From Geosiphon pyriformis uo1 (taxonomy: Eukaryota; Fungi; Glomeromycota), in assembly GCA_016748015.1 (NCBI GenBank), contig JAAOMT010000703.1, forward strand, positions 1 to 64,000: a stretch of 64,000 nucleotides of DNA, in the 5' to 3' direction. Under the pieces are notes generated by a model. That model did no database searches and had not been told where the DNA came from. It worked only from the letters and a program-made list of their open reading frames with translations. A program made the translations under genes and the position numbers. How positions within the stretch are numbered: the stretch's first letter is position 1; each line of letters starts with the position of its first letter. Shown piece by piece: positions 62,981-64,000 of this stretch.

Positions 62981-64000
62981 TTTTTATTTTTTTTTTCTTT
63001 TGTTTTATGAGTGCAGTCCAACCACTATCTAGTATACAGATGCAAGCTAAGTGAATCTAACTAAATATGGCTCACACATTTGCTACATGTGACTAGCCAT
63101 TCGAGCCAATCTAGGCAGCACTATGCATTTATGTAAACTTTGATATCATCACAAACACCAGAGAAAAAAAAACAAGCCTTATATAAACTAAAACTAACAG
63201 CAAAAGCCTCATTAATACCAAAAAGACAAACTATATTACTAGACAAATGTTTAACAGAATCAGCTAAAAGACCAATGGAAATCTCCAAGGCACAAACCAA
63301 ACCACATTTTTCTATGTCCACTCTAAACTTAGCCCTGGTCAACCACAAACCACACCAGTGTTTTTTCATCATGCATCAAACAAAATCAGCCACCACCAAA
63401 ACAGCCTGATTTCAATCCTTGAAATGTGCTGAAGCTTTATCGACCCATTCCTATAAAACAAAGCCTTTACACAATCGCATATACACTCCCGAATTATGAC
63501 ATCCAGCAAGTAGAGTACGCAACATAGGAGAGGACGCCGAAAAGCAGCCCACCAGCAGCAACTTCCACAGAGTGATCCTGTCCAACAAAATATCAGTATG
63601 CAAAGCTGCCTCACTTTGACAAGTAAACACATGATCTGACAGTTCAAAATCACTGCACATTAAACAGAGAACTCCAGGATAACATTTATCATACAATCTT
63701 TTATGAACAGCAACTGGTAACTTTCTATGAACCACTTTTATTAAGTAAGTATAGAGAATAGCCGAAGCTCGACTCATAAAGTCTGATAGCATGTGGGAGT
63801 CTGGATGCCAAACTGAAGCCGCACACTTCCAATTAACTCTTACGATCAACTCTTCATCGAGTACCACAGAGCCAGAACCAGCCTTCCACTGAGCATGACA
63901 GATAGACTTATAAATATCCTGGACAAAATATCGAGCATTACCCAAGACAACTTGGCTGTGAGCCATGATGTACCTTTTCTGAACACTTATAGAAAAAGAC
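62981..64000 (-). mobile_element. LINE 3' part (CCHC, 3' UTR, poly-A), relatively unmutated, continues beyond the window
   Basis: CLMCSDFELSDHVFTC, WHPDSHM; same 3' UTR as the other LINEs; several CpGs retained. Confidence 0.92.

Noticed and set aside
1-64000. Host genes, RNA genes, an alternative genetic code or organellar origin
   Set aside because: All sequence is explained by TE remnants; stops fall at Gln/Arg/Trp sites inconsistently between copies, which fits mutation rather than recoding

Overview
Very AT-rich, gene-free eukaryotic DNA, probably fungal. The element proteins resemble ones I recall from Glomeromycotina such as Geosiphon, but this is unverified. The whole window is a nest of dead transposons. 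It holds about ten full or partial Ty3/gypsy LTR retrotransposons, here labelled A-E, G-J and X, with the layout LTR-PBS-gag-protease-Cys-rich domain-dUTPase-RT-RNaseH-integrase-extra ORF-PPT-LTR. It also holds five RNase H-type LINE copies (one with a near-complete ORF2), one Tc1 (DD34E) transposon and one solo LTR. No reading frame is intact. Damage is overwhelmingly C>T/G>A in all dinucleotide contexts, and outer (older) elements are generally more AT-eroded, which looks like RIP-type hypermutation. The most interesting signals are this hypermutation, an unknown ORF in the env position, an unknown Cys-rich pol domain, a conserved GTG-started Gag extension, and conserved structured RNA motifs in the LTRs and LINE 3' UTRs. 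Coordinates were read by eye and internal domain limits are approximate.
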